DNA of 64,000 nt, from sequence record LC819009.1; one strand, given 5' to 3'. Below, in pieces: positions 36,801 through 46,158 of the stretch. Below the pieces are notes generated by a model. It searched no databases. It was not told where the DNA came from and worked only from the letters and a program-made list of their open reading frames with translations. The position numbers and the translations under genes are program-made. Positions within the stretch are counted from its first letter, which is position 1. Each line of letters begins with the position of its first letter.

Positions 36801-38305
36801 TTCCCGCCGAACGGATGGGGAATGGTTTTGTACTTTTCAGTGAGGTTCGACAGACGACGATACTCAGCAGCGGTCAGAAGACCAGCCTCAGCGAGAACGC
36901 CAATGCGATCTTTCGTCTTGTGTTCGTAAGGACGCGTGTCATCGACAGCCAAAGGCAAGACTTCACCAGTAACCGGATTCACGATGTCCCGTGACTCTTC
37001 ACTACTGTTGAGCTTTTCGAGCTCAGCGAGATCAGCATCGATCATCGCGTTGATGTCGTCCGTGATTTCGAACCTGGAGGAATCTTCATCCTCGTGCTCA
37101 GTGAGCTTGGCTGCATTGCGAAGAAGTTCTTCGCTAGATTTCACCTCGGGCCCTTTTAAGCTCTTGGATGAGACCGTCGAGTCCGCCAGGTCTACGTCTT
37201 TTTTTACGGCGATTTCCTCCTCGTCCGCAGCACGCGGGAGTCCTTCATCGTCGTGTTCCGGTTCTTCTTCCGGAGTTTCTTTACCGAGCAGTGCTTCTGC
37301 TTCCTGCTTGGCGATGTCCTTCGGAGAAACCAGCTTGTCTGCTGCCGCAGCATTCGCATCGATTGCAGTAACCGAGCGCGCGGCCATGAGCACCATGTAC
37401 ATGCGCAGAATGTACTTCTGCAGCTGCTTGTTGTTGTACGAAACGCTATCGATCTTGCGAACGTCCTTGGCCTGCATCTTGCCAGTCTTGACGTCCTGCT
37501 TCACCTGGTCGTGGTACGCTTCGTTGACGCTCTTTTGCCAGTAGTACAGGCGCTCCAGGTTCACCGAGATCCACGAGTTCGCATCTTCAATGATGAAGTT
37601 GATGAACCGGTAGTTCTTTGGCTCGATACGATCGAAAATGTTTGCAGGCTTCTTGCCTTCGTCATCAGGCTCCATCAGGAACTTCCACAACTCCAACAGG
37701 AAACGAGCACCGTCGGAATGGAAGATCTTGAGCGAGTTCTGATCCATGTTCTTGCTGGCAGTGTTCAGGCGACTGATTGCCGGCAGGACTTCAGGGGTCT
37801 TAACGATGAGGAACTGATTGCGCTGCGAAGCGTTCGCTGCAATGTTCATCTCGCTGGTGACCGTATGCATCAGGTCGAACCAGGCATTGTAATCCGCATA
37901 GAGCGAACGGATATACTTGTAGTTGTGATGGACAACGGCGTAATTGGTTACGACCATCGTCTTCGGATCTTTCGGCATCTTCTCCAGATCCAGCAGCTTG
38001 CGGAACCGCCGATTGCGGACGAAGTAGCCGCGCAGAATCGGATTCGCATCGAACGTCACCCGACGGGGTTCGTGGGGCGGATCGATGAGTCTGAGCGGAG
38101 TGTAGATCAGGATGGGTTTGGTAATGCCCTTAAAGAGCGGATGATCCGAACCCGGCCCGACATCGATCTTACTTTCTGCAACGTAATGCAAGAGCGAGTT
38201 TTGAGGGAGCTCCATATCCTGAAGCGTCGAAACGATAGGGGCAACCAATTGGCCGCCCTTACGAATCATCCTCGCTCTCTCAAAGTTCTGATAAAGAAGG
38301 TTCAT
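33854..38305 (-). CDS. Virion RNA polymerase beta-like subunit (phiKZ gp178-like)
   Basis: 1483 aa; beta-subunit-like motifs TGAGGRS, EATKDSGEVG, RMGFISIQHEH, GDKI...NQLKSII. Confidence 0.92.
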   Translation of the reverse strand: MNLLYQNFERARMIRKGGQLVAPIVSTLQDMELPQNSLLHYVAESKIDVGPGSDHPLFKGITKPILIYTPLRLIDPPHEPRRVTFDANPILRGYFVRNRRFRKLLDLEKMPKDPKTMVVTNYAVVHHNYKYIRSLYADYNAWFDLMHTVTSEMNIAANASQRNQFLIVKTPEVLPAISRLNTASKNMDQNSLKIFHSDGARFLLELWKFLMEPDDEGKKPANIFDRIEPKNYRFINFIIEDANSWISVNLERLYYWQKSVNEAYHDQVKQDVKTGKMQAKDVRKIDSVSYNNKQLQKYILRMYMVLMAARSVTAIDANAAAADKLVSPKDIAKQEAEALLGKETPEEEPEHDDEGLPRAADEEEIAVKKDVDLADSTVSSKSLKGPEVKSSEELLRNAAKLTEHEDEDSSRFEITDDINAMIDADLAELEKLNSSEESRDIVNPVTGEVLPLAVDDTRPYEHKTKDRIGVLAEAGLLTAAEYRRLSNLTEKYKTIPHPFGGKGTLVDAMHIEPHELHVDTKHIAAPNAVVVDGSMLHSSIEVSQQKYIKHTLPKHILRMITHVQSANVMLDHLEVEKTETIQGTNQNFVARIVPVEGAPTTLRFPIPEINEDGTYTANGVKYAMRNQRGDFPIRKVAPNRVAITSYYGKFFIYRSRKAVNDYQQWLINEVMSLGFDNSIDVVTDIKTANVFHMNIKAPRSVSALAHQIKEFTLQNVEKEKFVFHLDLSKIEDNFNMEVVGPWIKKGFVPIAISDKRKIIYYEGDSFYLIQGETVKPLGEMEEILGLDMSGMPAEFVEIKIAGKYVPIGMILAWDYGLTELIKRLKIKTRRVPVGTRTQQQPDEVALVFSDETLLFSKNDRLACLLLGGFQEFRRIIRGFSITDFDHPGVYQNVLDTTGGGTRVLREITLARDMFVDPITKDVLLHLKEPTDFMGILVFATELLLDDMHRPELDMSEMRIKGYERIAGAVYQELVRSMRAHNGRPGKSRYPIEMKPFAIWQALAEDPSIVVVKDINPIANLKMREEVTFTGAGGRSKDTMTAATREYGKNDIGIISEATKDSGEVGINTYLAPNPQLTNTLGMPVEPDKKDLAMSSIFSSSVLASPGATRDDMKRMGFISIQHEHGVAVTGQMENILSTGYDRVIPHRASELFAVTAKQKGKVTEVTDHGITVQYEDGTTKGYPLGRQYGENAGMTIPHTLVTNLKVGTKFIEGDAITFNKGFFKPDTLNPRQVVWCNGTYAHFALCEPADVIEDASVISQELADMLMTEQTKQRTIIVSFKQAIARLIKVGEAVKYDDVLMIIQDEITSGLDLYDEADIDSLKALGSQAPKAKYDGVVERIEVFYRGDKEDMSDSIKKIVAASDREIGHRRKSAGKKVVTGEVDEGFKVKGNSIPLDSVAIRIYITGPEPAGVGDKIVLVNQLKSIIGKVIKEPMKAEDGTKILGRFSYTSIARRIVNSPDIVGTTTAILMKGAELVVAAYDS

Positions 38306-38316
38306 GAAAAGTCCTG

Positions 38317-39933
38317 TTAACGGGTCAGGTTGAAGCAGACGAGTTTCGCCGTATCAACCACCGCAGAAGCGATGAGTCGACCCTTCGGATCAACATAGGC
38401 AATTTTCTTTTTGAAGAGATCGTTGACCTCTTTAACGCCCTCGTCAGTGTAGAGCGCGTTGGCCGAAGACGTGTCGCCGTCGAAGTCTGCATTGAGCAGC
38501 GCGAGGCGAATCATGTTCGGACAGATGGTGTTGATGAAGGCTTCGCCACGAATCGGGAAGGACATCACGTAGTCGTCTTCGTGACGTTCCCAATTGTCGT
38601 CCAACACCCAACGCTTTTCGCTGTTGGTGGTCGTTTTGATATACCCGATAGACGGGTAGATCGAGCCCAGAGATGCGACGGGGTAACGCGTCACAAACAA
38701 TGGGAGGGTGCTCAATTTTTTTACAACAGACAGATAGATCAGTTCTGCGTAAGTCGCAGGGCTGACATTGTTCTTGTCCAGATTGTCAGGCAACTCGCCG
38801 ATGTCTTGCAACAGACGAACGGTATTATCCGGGCCGCGGTAGACCAACGCCAGATAGTGGTTACCCACCATGGCAGGCTTGTGACGCATCTCCACGTTCT
38901 GAAAGAGCGAGAAGAGTTTGTCGATACCTTCGTCACTGAAGAACTTATCCCAGTCGTCCGGCTTCAGTTGCACGTTCTCCTGCTTGAACGTGTTTTTGTT
39001 TACCAGTTTGACAGGCGAGCCCGGTCCGTTGTGAACTTTCGAGAGGAAGTTGTTCTTGAACTCGAAGATAGCCACTGGACGGCAGGCGCGGATTGCCTGG
39101 TAGAGTCCGTAGACCGTGTGGTTCGGTCCGACGTTGCCAGGGTCGCCGAGTTCGGTGATGCCTTCATCCAGAGGCGAGATAACATTTCGCGTACCGTCCG
39201 CAATGTGTCGTGAAGCCCACTTGCCGAGCACCAGCTTCCGTTTACCGGAGATCAGGTTCTTCAGGCTTTCGTAGATTTCGTTAAACGTCATCTGCAGCTT
39301 AAAGCGCGCAGCGTCCGATACGTCGCGATCCGATGCCTTACCGTCGCCAGGAATGGTGTTAGCCACCATCAGCAAGCGTCGATAGATCTTGTTGATTTCG
39401 TCTTCTTCACTACGGCCATCGTCACCCATTTGCAGGTCACGCATGGCAGCAGGAATCACCATGACCTTATCGGTCAAGGCAACATGCTTGTAGTTGACGA
39501 TAAGCTTCTGAGCTTCCATCTTCTCAGGAGACTTGGTCGGCTGCAACTTGATGTCTTTCCAATGCTGCATGAAGAACCGGAAACCAGTTTTCCCGTTGAT
39601 GGGATCGCTGGGCATGAAGTCACCTTCCTTGTCGTCCCAAACGGCATAACCCTTACCGGACACGATGTCCATGTAAAGATGTTTGTTGCCCACCAGTGCA
39701 TTGAAAATGGCCGGGTGGAACACTTGCGTTTTGACGTTGATGTAGCTGAACTTCTCGGTTCGCATTTCTTCGCCGACCTTACCGAAGATCAGTGCAGAAA
39801 ACAAACCATCGGGATGGAAGTTGATCCCGGAGTTGTCGAAGATATCCAATGCCGATACGGGCCGGAGGTTCTTCAGACGTTCATCCTTTGGATCAAGAAT
39901 CTTGATATTAAAAGGTACATTGATAGGCTTCAC
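38317..39933 (-). CDS. Virion RNA polymerase beta'-like catalytic subunit (phiKZ gp180-like)
   Basis: Catalytic NADFDGD; FHPDGLFSALIFG, LFVTRYP; 538 aa; GTG start. Confidence 0.95.
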   Translation of the reverse strand: MKPINVPFNIKILDPKDERLKNLRPVSALDIFDNSGINFHPDGLFSALIFGKVGEEMRTEKFSYINVKTQVFHPAIFNALVGNKHLYMDIVSGKGYAVWDDKEGDFMPSDPINGKTGFRFFMQHWKDIKLQPTKSPEKMEAQKLIVNYKHVALTDKVMVIPAAMRDLQMGDDGRSEEDEINKIYRRLLMVANTIPGDGKASDRDVSDAARFKLQMTFNEIYESLKNLISGKRKLVLGKWASRHIADGTRNVISPLDEGITELGDPGNVGPNHTVYGLYQAIRACRPVAIFEFKNNFLSKVHNGPGSPVKLVNKNTFKQENVQLKPDDWDKFFSDEGIDKLFSLFQNVEMRHKPAMVGNHYLALVYRGPDNTVRLLQDIGELPDNLDKNNVSPATYAELIYLSVVKKLSTLPLFVTRYPVASLGSIYPSIGYIKTTTNSEKRWVLDDNWERHEDDYVMSFPIRGEAFINTICPNMIRLALLNADFDGDTSSANALYTDEGVKEVNDLFKKKIAYVDPKGRLIASAVVDTAKLVCFNLTR

Positions 39934-39961
39934 ACTGAATCCTTAACGGAGTAATCGAGGT

Positions 39962-42900
39962 ATGGCGTCTAAAAAGAAACGCGGCGGGCGCGATGATTTC
40001 GATTTCGATAGCGACTTGGACTTTGACATTCCTGACTTCGGGGGCGATAACCCCGAAGCCACGAGTAAGAGTCGTAAACCGATTTCTGTTGGCCTTAAGT
40101 CAGCAGCGGCAGGGTTTGGCAAGACGTTCGCCAATGAGGCACGTCTGCGTAAAACTCTGACGAAATCACTGCCCAAAGAGTACGAAGAACCGATCTCGAA
40201 AGCATTCGAGATCAAAGATGGGTTTCGGGATCTATACAATACCAGTTCGTCCCAAGCCAGCGAAATCGTTCGTGAGACCAAACGTTCAGTCGGGCGGATC
40301 ACGAGAAACCTGGAGTCTGCACTTCCCAAAAAGCTGGCTGAAAAGCTCAAAGCGTGGGGCGACTCTGCTGATTCGGATACCGTAGGTAACCTGTCGAAAA
40401 GCGAAGTAGAGCAAGGCACGATCGATTCGGCCTTTGCATCTATCTTTGCCCAGACTCAGCAGGCTCAGGCTGATAACGAAAAGAAGCGCGACGCACGTCA
40501 GGTCATTCAGGACCAGATCGATCAAAAGCGTCATAAGGACATGACGTCTATCCTGGGGTCGATTGACAACTCGCTTTTGCAGTTGGCAACATTCCAGGAT
40601 AAGATCCAGACCAACTACATGAAGAAGTCGTTGGAGCTTCAGTTCCGTTCGTACTTTGTACAGAACGACATGCTGGCGCTTCAGACGAAGTTCTTTGACG
40701 AATTCAAGAAAGACCTTCAGGCGATCACGAAGAACACGGGGCTTCCTGATTACGTCAAGAAGGCGCCGAAAGAAGCTCTCATGGAGCTCATGCGGCAAAA
40801 GACCTTCGATTCGCTTTCGAACACCATTTCCAAAAAGCGTAACCAGTGGCTCTCCGGCGTTTTCAAGAAAGCGCAGGGTAAGATCTCCGAGACACTCGGT
40901 AACGTCAAGGACGGCCTGGGAATGGTTCTCGACGGGGTTGAAACCGGCTCCAGTATGTATGGTTCTGGTTTCGGTCCGTCGGGTGAAGAACTTGTCGGCG
41001 ATCTCGCTGGCGGTTTCGCGGGGAACAAAGCACAAGACTGGTTGGCTAAGAAGATTCGGGCCCAGATGGTCAAGAATCCGAAAGCAGTCAAGTTCGGGAA
41101 CAAGGCCAATCAAGTCTTATCAAATCTGCCGCAGTGGATGGGCAATCAGCTGGAAAACGGCAAGTACGCTGACAAGATTCCTGAATGGCTGAAGGATATC
41201 CTCAAGCCTGACACGGAGTCCTCTGGCGTCAATCTGAGTCGTGAAGTCGATCTCGATCGTGCAGCACGTTGGTCGGATAAGAATTCGCGTTCTCTGAATG
41301 TCGTGATTCCGGAACTGCTCTCGAAGATCCATCATGAGCTCTACGTTACCCGCACGGGCGACGTAAGCGCTAAGCCTTTGGCGTACGACTACGAAAAGGG
41401 CAAGTTCGTCACATCGAAAGAACGTCAGGCTCAACTGGCGGACACGATTGTTTCGAACCGTACGAAAGAATCGACGAAGCACCAGGTCGACAACATCTTC
41501 AAGGAAATCGATCCGAAGGGTGAGATCGATCCGAAAACTCGTAAGGCGATTGCTGCACGCATTTATGGTGCTAACAAACGCAATGTCTATTTCGACAAAG
41601 ATAACATCCTGTCGCATGAAGTACTGGGCGATCACGATGATGCGCGTCGCAAGTTCGAAGAGTATCTCGAAAACGACGAGCAGGGCCACAAAGAACGACG
41701 TCTCACTAACATGTTCGGTCGTGTTGGTGGAGACAACGGTGAAGTCAAGGATGTGATCCAGGATCTCATTGACCAAGGGCGCCATGGCGAACTGGCCGAT
41801 ATGGGGCTGCTGGATCTGAAGACTGGCCGCATCAACATGGAAAAAGTTCGCGAGATGGAACTGAGCCATGTTGGTAAAACTGTGAAGTCTGCAAATGGTA
41901 ACATCTTCTCGGGTGGTAACGTCCAGATGTTTGCCAAGGGCGGTGCATTCACGAACAAGATCGTTCGTCGTCCTACCGCTTTCCCGATGAAGGGTGGAAA
42001 GACTGGCATCATGGGCGAAGCAGGTCCTGAAGCGATCATGCCTTTGTCTCGCGACAAGGATGGTCGTCTGGGCGTTAAAGTCCAGAAGGGCAAAACTGAA
42101 CAAGCCGTTGAGGAAATCCTCGGCATCCTGAAACGCTTCGAAGCGAAAGGCTTCGGTGGCGGCATGATGGATCCTGAAATGCTCGAAGCTTATCTGTCTG
42201 GTAAGATGGATGATGCCAAGGGTTATTTCGGCAAGGGCGGTGCAGCCCTCAAGAAGTTGGGTCTGGGTGCAGCGGGTTCCATTTGGGGCGGCGCCAAGAA
42301 CTCCTATCGTCGCAGCCGCATCATGGCCCGTAAAGCCAAGAAGATGGTTTTCGGCGGTGGCGCTTCCGCTCTTGACTGGCTGGGTAAACAGAAAGACAAA
42401 TTCGATCTGTATATCGGTAACGAAGTCGAGCCTCGTCTGTCAAAGATGAAACTCGAAGCTGGCCGATACGTCGATGCGAAGACCGGCAAGGTCATCGAGA
42501 AGTACGAAGATATCAAAGGCGACATCAAAGATCTTGATACGGATGAGATCGTTCTCAGGGCCACTGAGATCAAGGACGGTATTCTCAAAAACTTCGAGAC
42601 AGGTAAGTCGGTGTTGTTGCGACTGACTGGCTGGGGTAAATCCGCGATCAAGCAAGCATACGAAAAAACCAAAGCGACCATTGCGAAAGCGACGGGTCTC
42701 TCCAAGCTTCTCTCTAGCACGGCTTACAACAGCGTGAAGAAAGCTTATGAATTTTACACGGACGGGCCACAAGACGTGTATCTGAAGGACCAGTACGAAA
42801 CACCGGTTCTTCTCAAGCGCATCATGGCGCAAGGATTGTATTTCGATAAAGCAACTCTCGATCCGATCTCGAAGGTGAGTCAGATCAAGGGTCCTGTTGT

Positions 42901-45900
42901 CGATAACGAAGAAAATGTCCTTATCACCAAGGAAGACTTGGCTAACGGCCTGTACGACAAGGAAGGTAAGGAAATCAAGACCGGCTTTGACAAGATTGCA
43001 TCCTTCGTAGGTGCATCTATCAAGGGCGCGATTGGAACCTACAAGAAACTGTTGGGTAAGGGCAAGGACATGGGGATGCGAGCGATGGCTTGGCTCAAGA
43101 ATCTCTTTGGCTTTGATTCGCCCTTCACCGTCTTCAGCAGCCGTACGAACGACATTCTGACGGCAATGTATGCCATGCTCAATGACCGCTTGCCTGGCGA
43201 GCGCTCACCTGACCTGGATTCCATGATTGGCAAGGGTTCGTCTGGTTCTACCAAGGACACTGTCAATAAAGCCGGTAAGGCTGCGGGAGCTTTCAAAGAA
43301 GGCTTCATGAAGCGCTGGAATAAAGGCAAGGATCAGGCACAGGCTAAAGCCGATGAACTCAAGGCGCGTTTGCCGGGAGACATCGAGAATGCCAAACAGA
43401 AAGCACGCGACCTCCATGGTCAGGCTTCTGACAAACTGAACGAATGGAAAGACGAGCATTGGGATAAGGCAGAGCAGCAGGTTCGTGAAAAGCTTGGTCG
43501 AGGGAAGGACCGAGTTGTAGACGGACTGCATGCTGTTGTCGACACCCTACGCGCACGTCTGCCCGAACAGAAAGCCAAGGTTGAAGGCGATAGCAATGGC
43601 GATGGTGTTCGCGATGGTTCCATCGATGACCTCCGTGCCAAACGTGCTAAAGCCAAGGAAGAAAAAGAGAAGGAAAAGAAGGAAGCCGAACAGTCTGCTG
43701 AAAAGGGCAGTACCAAGGGCGCCTGGGCAGCATTGTCCGCATTCTTCAAAAAGAATAAAGGCGAGGACGAAGAGAAGGGTGATCACTCTCTCCTCGAAGA
43801 CGCCGAGGATCTCGTAGGCGGTGGTAATGGCGGCAAGGCTGAGAAAGCCGGTAAGGGCCTGAAGAAGGCTAGCCGTTGGGAAAGGATGATGCCTAAGGGC
43901 AAAGGCTTGGGTTCCAAGCTGCTGCGTGGTGGCATGAAAGCAATCGGTGGCATTGGCAAGCTCGGCCTGAAGTTTGGCGGTGCTCTCCTGGGTGGTGGTT
44001 TGCTTAGCGCGGAAACGCTGCTGGGTGGATTGTCGCTCGTGGGTTCTGCTCTGGGCATGACTGCCACTGCAATCGGCGCGATCATTTCGTCTCCCGTTAC
44101 CGTTCCGCTCCTGGTAGCTGCCGGTGTTGGTGCCGCAGGGTACTTCGCCTATAAGTGGCTTACCAAGCCCGATCCTCAACCAATCGAAAAGGTACGACTC
44201 GTGCAGTATGGCTTTAAGGCTAGCGACATCGAAGCGTACAAGAAGATGAAGAGCCTGGAGCAGCAACTTGCCCCAGCAGTAGTCTTCAAGGGTGAGAAGG
44301 CAGAATTCGATCCCAAGAAAGTTGATCTGAAGCAGGCGATGAAGCTTTACGGCTTGAACCCGGAAAGCAAGGACGATGCGGAGAAGTTCGTATCGTGGTT
44401 CGCTGATCGCTTCCGTCCGGTCTACCTCCAACACAGAGCGTTGATCGTGACATCGAAGTCTCCGAAGCCTCTGGAAGACGTTGACGATAACAAACCTGAT
44501 TTCAAGCAGTCCTATCTGGATCAGTGTTTGTTCCCGGGTGGTCATTACAACGTCACGACCAATCCCTTCAAGGGCAAGGACTATCTGCCTACCGCGCAGT
44601 ATTCGGTGGAACAGCAGATCAAGGCCGCGAAGGAAGAAGTCGAGAAAGAAGGCTCCAAGAAACAAGATACCAACAAGGCTGATGCTCCGAAGCCTGCTGG
44701 AGGTGTAGCTGCCGCCGCTCTCGCTAAAAACGAAGCGGATAAGAAAGCACACGAAGCTGATCAAAAGAAGAATGATACGACCTTGACTCCTGCCCAGAAA
44801 GATCCGAGGCACGATTCCGACAAGGTCATGGCGCAAAATCGCCTGGCTGCTGCAACTGTTGGTGCTAACGAGGGCCCCGGAGGCCCCGGCCGTCAACCTG
44901 GAGATCCGATTACCGGACCTTCTGGCCCTGATGGATCTGCTAAACCGGCAAAGTCCAAACCTGGCGTTAAGCCGATGAGCGGTGCCGCAGCACTGGTGAA
45001 AGAAACGCTTCTGAAAGACATGCCGAAGTACGGGATTACTTCCCCGAACCAGCAAGCTGCCCTCCTGGGCAATATCGAACACGAATCCGGCTTCATGCCG
45101 ATTTCTGAGAATCTGAATTACAAGCCCACCCAGCTGATGAAGTTGTGGCCTAACCGTTTCCCTGATTCGGGTAAGGCCCAGCAAGTTGCATCGCAAGGTC
45201 CTCAAGGCATTGCGAACAACATCTACGGCGGTCGGATGGGCAACACGGATACCAACGATGGTTGGGATTATCGTGGCCGCGGCCCTCTCCAGATTACTGG
45301 TAAGAGTAACTACGCGGCTGTCGGTAAGGCGATGGGTAAAGACATCGTCAATGATCCGGACAAGCTTATCACCGATCCTCAGACCGCAGCTGACTCTGCT
45401 CTGGCCTACTGGAAACTCAACCCTGCGCTCGGTAAGAACGCAGACGCTGGGAACTTCCAGAAAGTTCGACAGATGATCAACGGTGGTGGTATCGGAGCAG
45501 ATGACGCAAATGCACGCGTGCAGAGTTATCTGGACAAAATCAAGAATGGCGAACTGCAAGTAGGTGGTTCGTCGTCTGGCCCTGGCGGTACGATCACTCC
45601 TACGGGAACGGTCGATTCGCCTAAGCCTTCTACAGCTAACGTGGCGTCGAATCCGAATTCGGGTCCGGCACCTGATGCTTACCGACAAGCGTCCAAGGCT
45701 GAACCGACTGCGACGACTCCGTCTCAATTGGTTAGCTCTCCGCGTCCGACGTATGATCCGAGCTCTGGTGGTGGTGCTGCCATGAGTTCGAGCTCCGCGC
45801 CTTCGCAGAACGCTTACGTACAACGCAATACCCAACTGAATGCTGGTGACTCCCTTGACATCATGAAGCAAGGTCTCAAGGAATCGCAAACTCAGACTGG

Positions 45901-46081
45901 GCTTCTCCAACGCATCGCAGATGGTATCGACAAACTCAACTCCAGGTTCGATAAGAACATGGGCGGGGGTGATAGTCAGGCACCAGCTGCTGGTAGCGAC
46001 GAGAAGAGTAACTACGGCAAGCCTCCCGCTCCGATGACGGCGCCGTCATTGGGATTCCGCCGACAACTTGCTAACGTTTAA
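39962..46081 (+). CDS. Giant tail protein / tape-measure-type virion lysin (phiKZ gp181-like) with C-terminal GH19 domain
   Basis: 2039 aa, long helical/Lys-rich; GH19 motifs LGNIEHESG, SENLNY, DGWDYRGRGPLQITGKSNY, RQMINGG; adjacent to the gp180 homolog. Confidence 0.85.
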   Translation: MASKKKRGGRDDFDFDSDLDFDIPDFGGDNPEATSKSRKPISVGLKSAAAGFGKTFANEARLRKTLTKSLPKEYEEPISKAFEIKDGFRDLYNTSSSQASEIVRETKRSVGRITRNLESALPKKLAEKLKAWGDSADSDTVGNLSKSEVEQGTIDSAFASIFAQTQQAQADNEKKRDARQVIQDQIDQKRHKDMTSILGSIDNSLLQLATFQDKIQTNYMKKSLELQFRSYFVQNDMLALQTKFFDEFKKDLQAITKNTGLPDYVKKAPKEALMELMRQKTFDSLSNTISKKRNQWLSGVFKKAQGKISETLGNVKDGLGMVLDGVETGSSMYGSGFGPSGEELVGDLAGGFAGNKAQDWLAKKIRAQMVKNPKAVKFGNKANQVLSNLPQWMGNQLENGKYADKIPEWLKDILKPDTESSGVNLSREVDLDRAARWSDKNSRSLNVVIPELLSKIHHELYVTRTGDVSAKPLAYDYEKGKFVTSKERQAQLADTIVSNRTKESTKHQVDNIFKEIDPKGEIDPKTRKAIAARIYGANKRNVYFDKDNILSHEVLGDHDDARRKFEEYLENDEQGHKERRLTNMFGRVGGDNGEVKDVIQDLIDQGRHGELADMGLLDLKTGRINMEKVREMELSHVGKTVKSANGNIFSGGNVQMFAKGGAFTNKIVRRPTAFPMKGGKTGIMGEAGPEAIMPLSRDKDGRLGVKVQKGKTEQAVEEILGILKRFEAKGFGGGMMDPEMLEAYLSGKMDDAKGYFGKGGAALKKLGLGAAGSIWGGAKNSYRRSRIMARKAKKMVFGGGASALDWLGKQKDKFDLYIGNEVEPRLSKMKLEAGRYVDAKTGKVIEKYEDIKGDIKDLDTDEIVLRATEIKDGILKNFETGKSVLLRLTGWGKSAIKQAYEKTKATIAKATGLSKLLSSTAYNSVKKAYEFYTDGPQDVYLKDQYETPVLLKRIMAQGLYFDKATLDPISKVSQIKGPVVDNEENVLITKEDLANGLYDKEGKEIKTGFDKIASFVGASIKGAIGTYKKLLGKGKDMGMRAMAWLKNLFGFDSPFTVFSSRTNDILTAMYAMLNDRLPGERSPDLDSMIGKGSSGSTKDTVNKAGKAAGAFKEGFMKRWNKGKDQAQAKADELKARLPGDIENAKQKARDLHGQASDKLNEWKDEHWDKAEQQVREKLGRGKDRVVDGLHAVVDTLRARLPEQKAKVEGDSNGDGVRDGSIDDLRAKRAKAKEEKEKEKKEAEQSAEKGSTKGAWAALSAFFKKNKGEDEEKGDHSLLEDAEDLVGGGNGGKAEKAGKGLKKASRWERMMPKGKGLGSKLLRGGMKAIGGIGKLGLKFGGALLGGGLLSAETLLGGLSLVGSALGMTATAIGAIISSPVTVPLLVAAGVGAAGYFAYKWLTKPDPQPIEKVRLVQYGFKASDIEAYKKMKSLEQQLAPAVVFKGEKAEFDPKKVDLKQAMKLYGLNPESKDDAEKFVSWFADRFRPVYLQHRALIVTSKSPKPLEDVDDNKPDFKQSYLDQCLFPGGHYNVTTNPFKGKDYLPTAQYSVEQQIKAAKEEVEKEGSKKQDTNKADAPKPAGGVAAAALAKNEADKKAHEADQKKNDTTLTPAQKDPRHDSDKVMAQNRLAAATVGANEGPGGPGRQPGDPITGPSGPDGSAKPAKSKPGVKPMSGAAALVKETLLKDMPKYGITSPNQQAALLGNIEHESGFMPISENLNYKPTQLMKLWPNRFPDSGKAQQVASQGPQGIANNIYGGRMGNTDTNDGWDYRGRGPLQITGKSNYAAVGKAMGKDIVNDPDKLITDPQTAADSALAYWKLNPALGKNADAGNFQKVRQMINGGGIGADDANARVQSYLDKIKNGELQVGGSSSGPGGTITPTGTVDSPKPSTANVASNPNSGPAPDAYRQASKAEPTATTPSQLVSSPRPTYDPSSGGGAAMSSSSAPSQNAYVQRNTQLNAGDSLDIMKQGLKESQTQTGLLQRIADGIDKLNSRFDKNMGGGDSQAPAAGSDEKSNYGKPPAPMTAPSLGFRRQLANV

Positions 46082-46088
46082 ACGAAAG

Positions 46089-46122
46089 AATACACAGGTG
46101 GCCGACGGGCCACCTGTGTATT
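46089..46122. terminator. Stem-loop (15-bp stem)
   Basis: aatacacaggtggcc-gacg-ggccacctgtgtatt, TATG at 46126-46129. Confidence 0.75.
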
Positions 46123-46158
46123 TAATATGATTCGACGTAATTTCTAACAGGAGTAGCG

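Noticed and set aside
33854-39933. Inteins or group I introns in the RNAP, polymerase or terminase genes
   Set aside because: The ORFs are uninterrupted, their lengths fit phiKZ-like homologs, and I saw no LAGLIDADG/HNH or intein terminal motifs. A profile search would be needed to exclude this completely.
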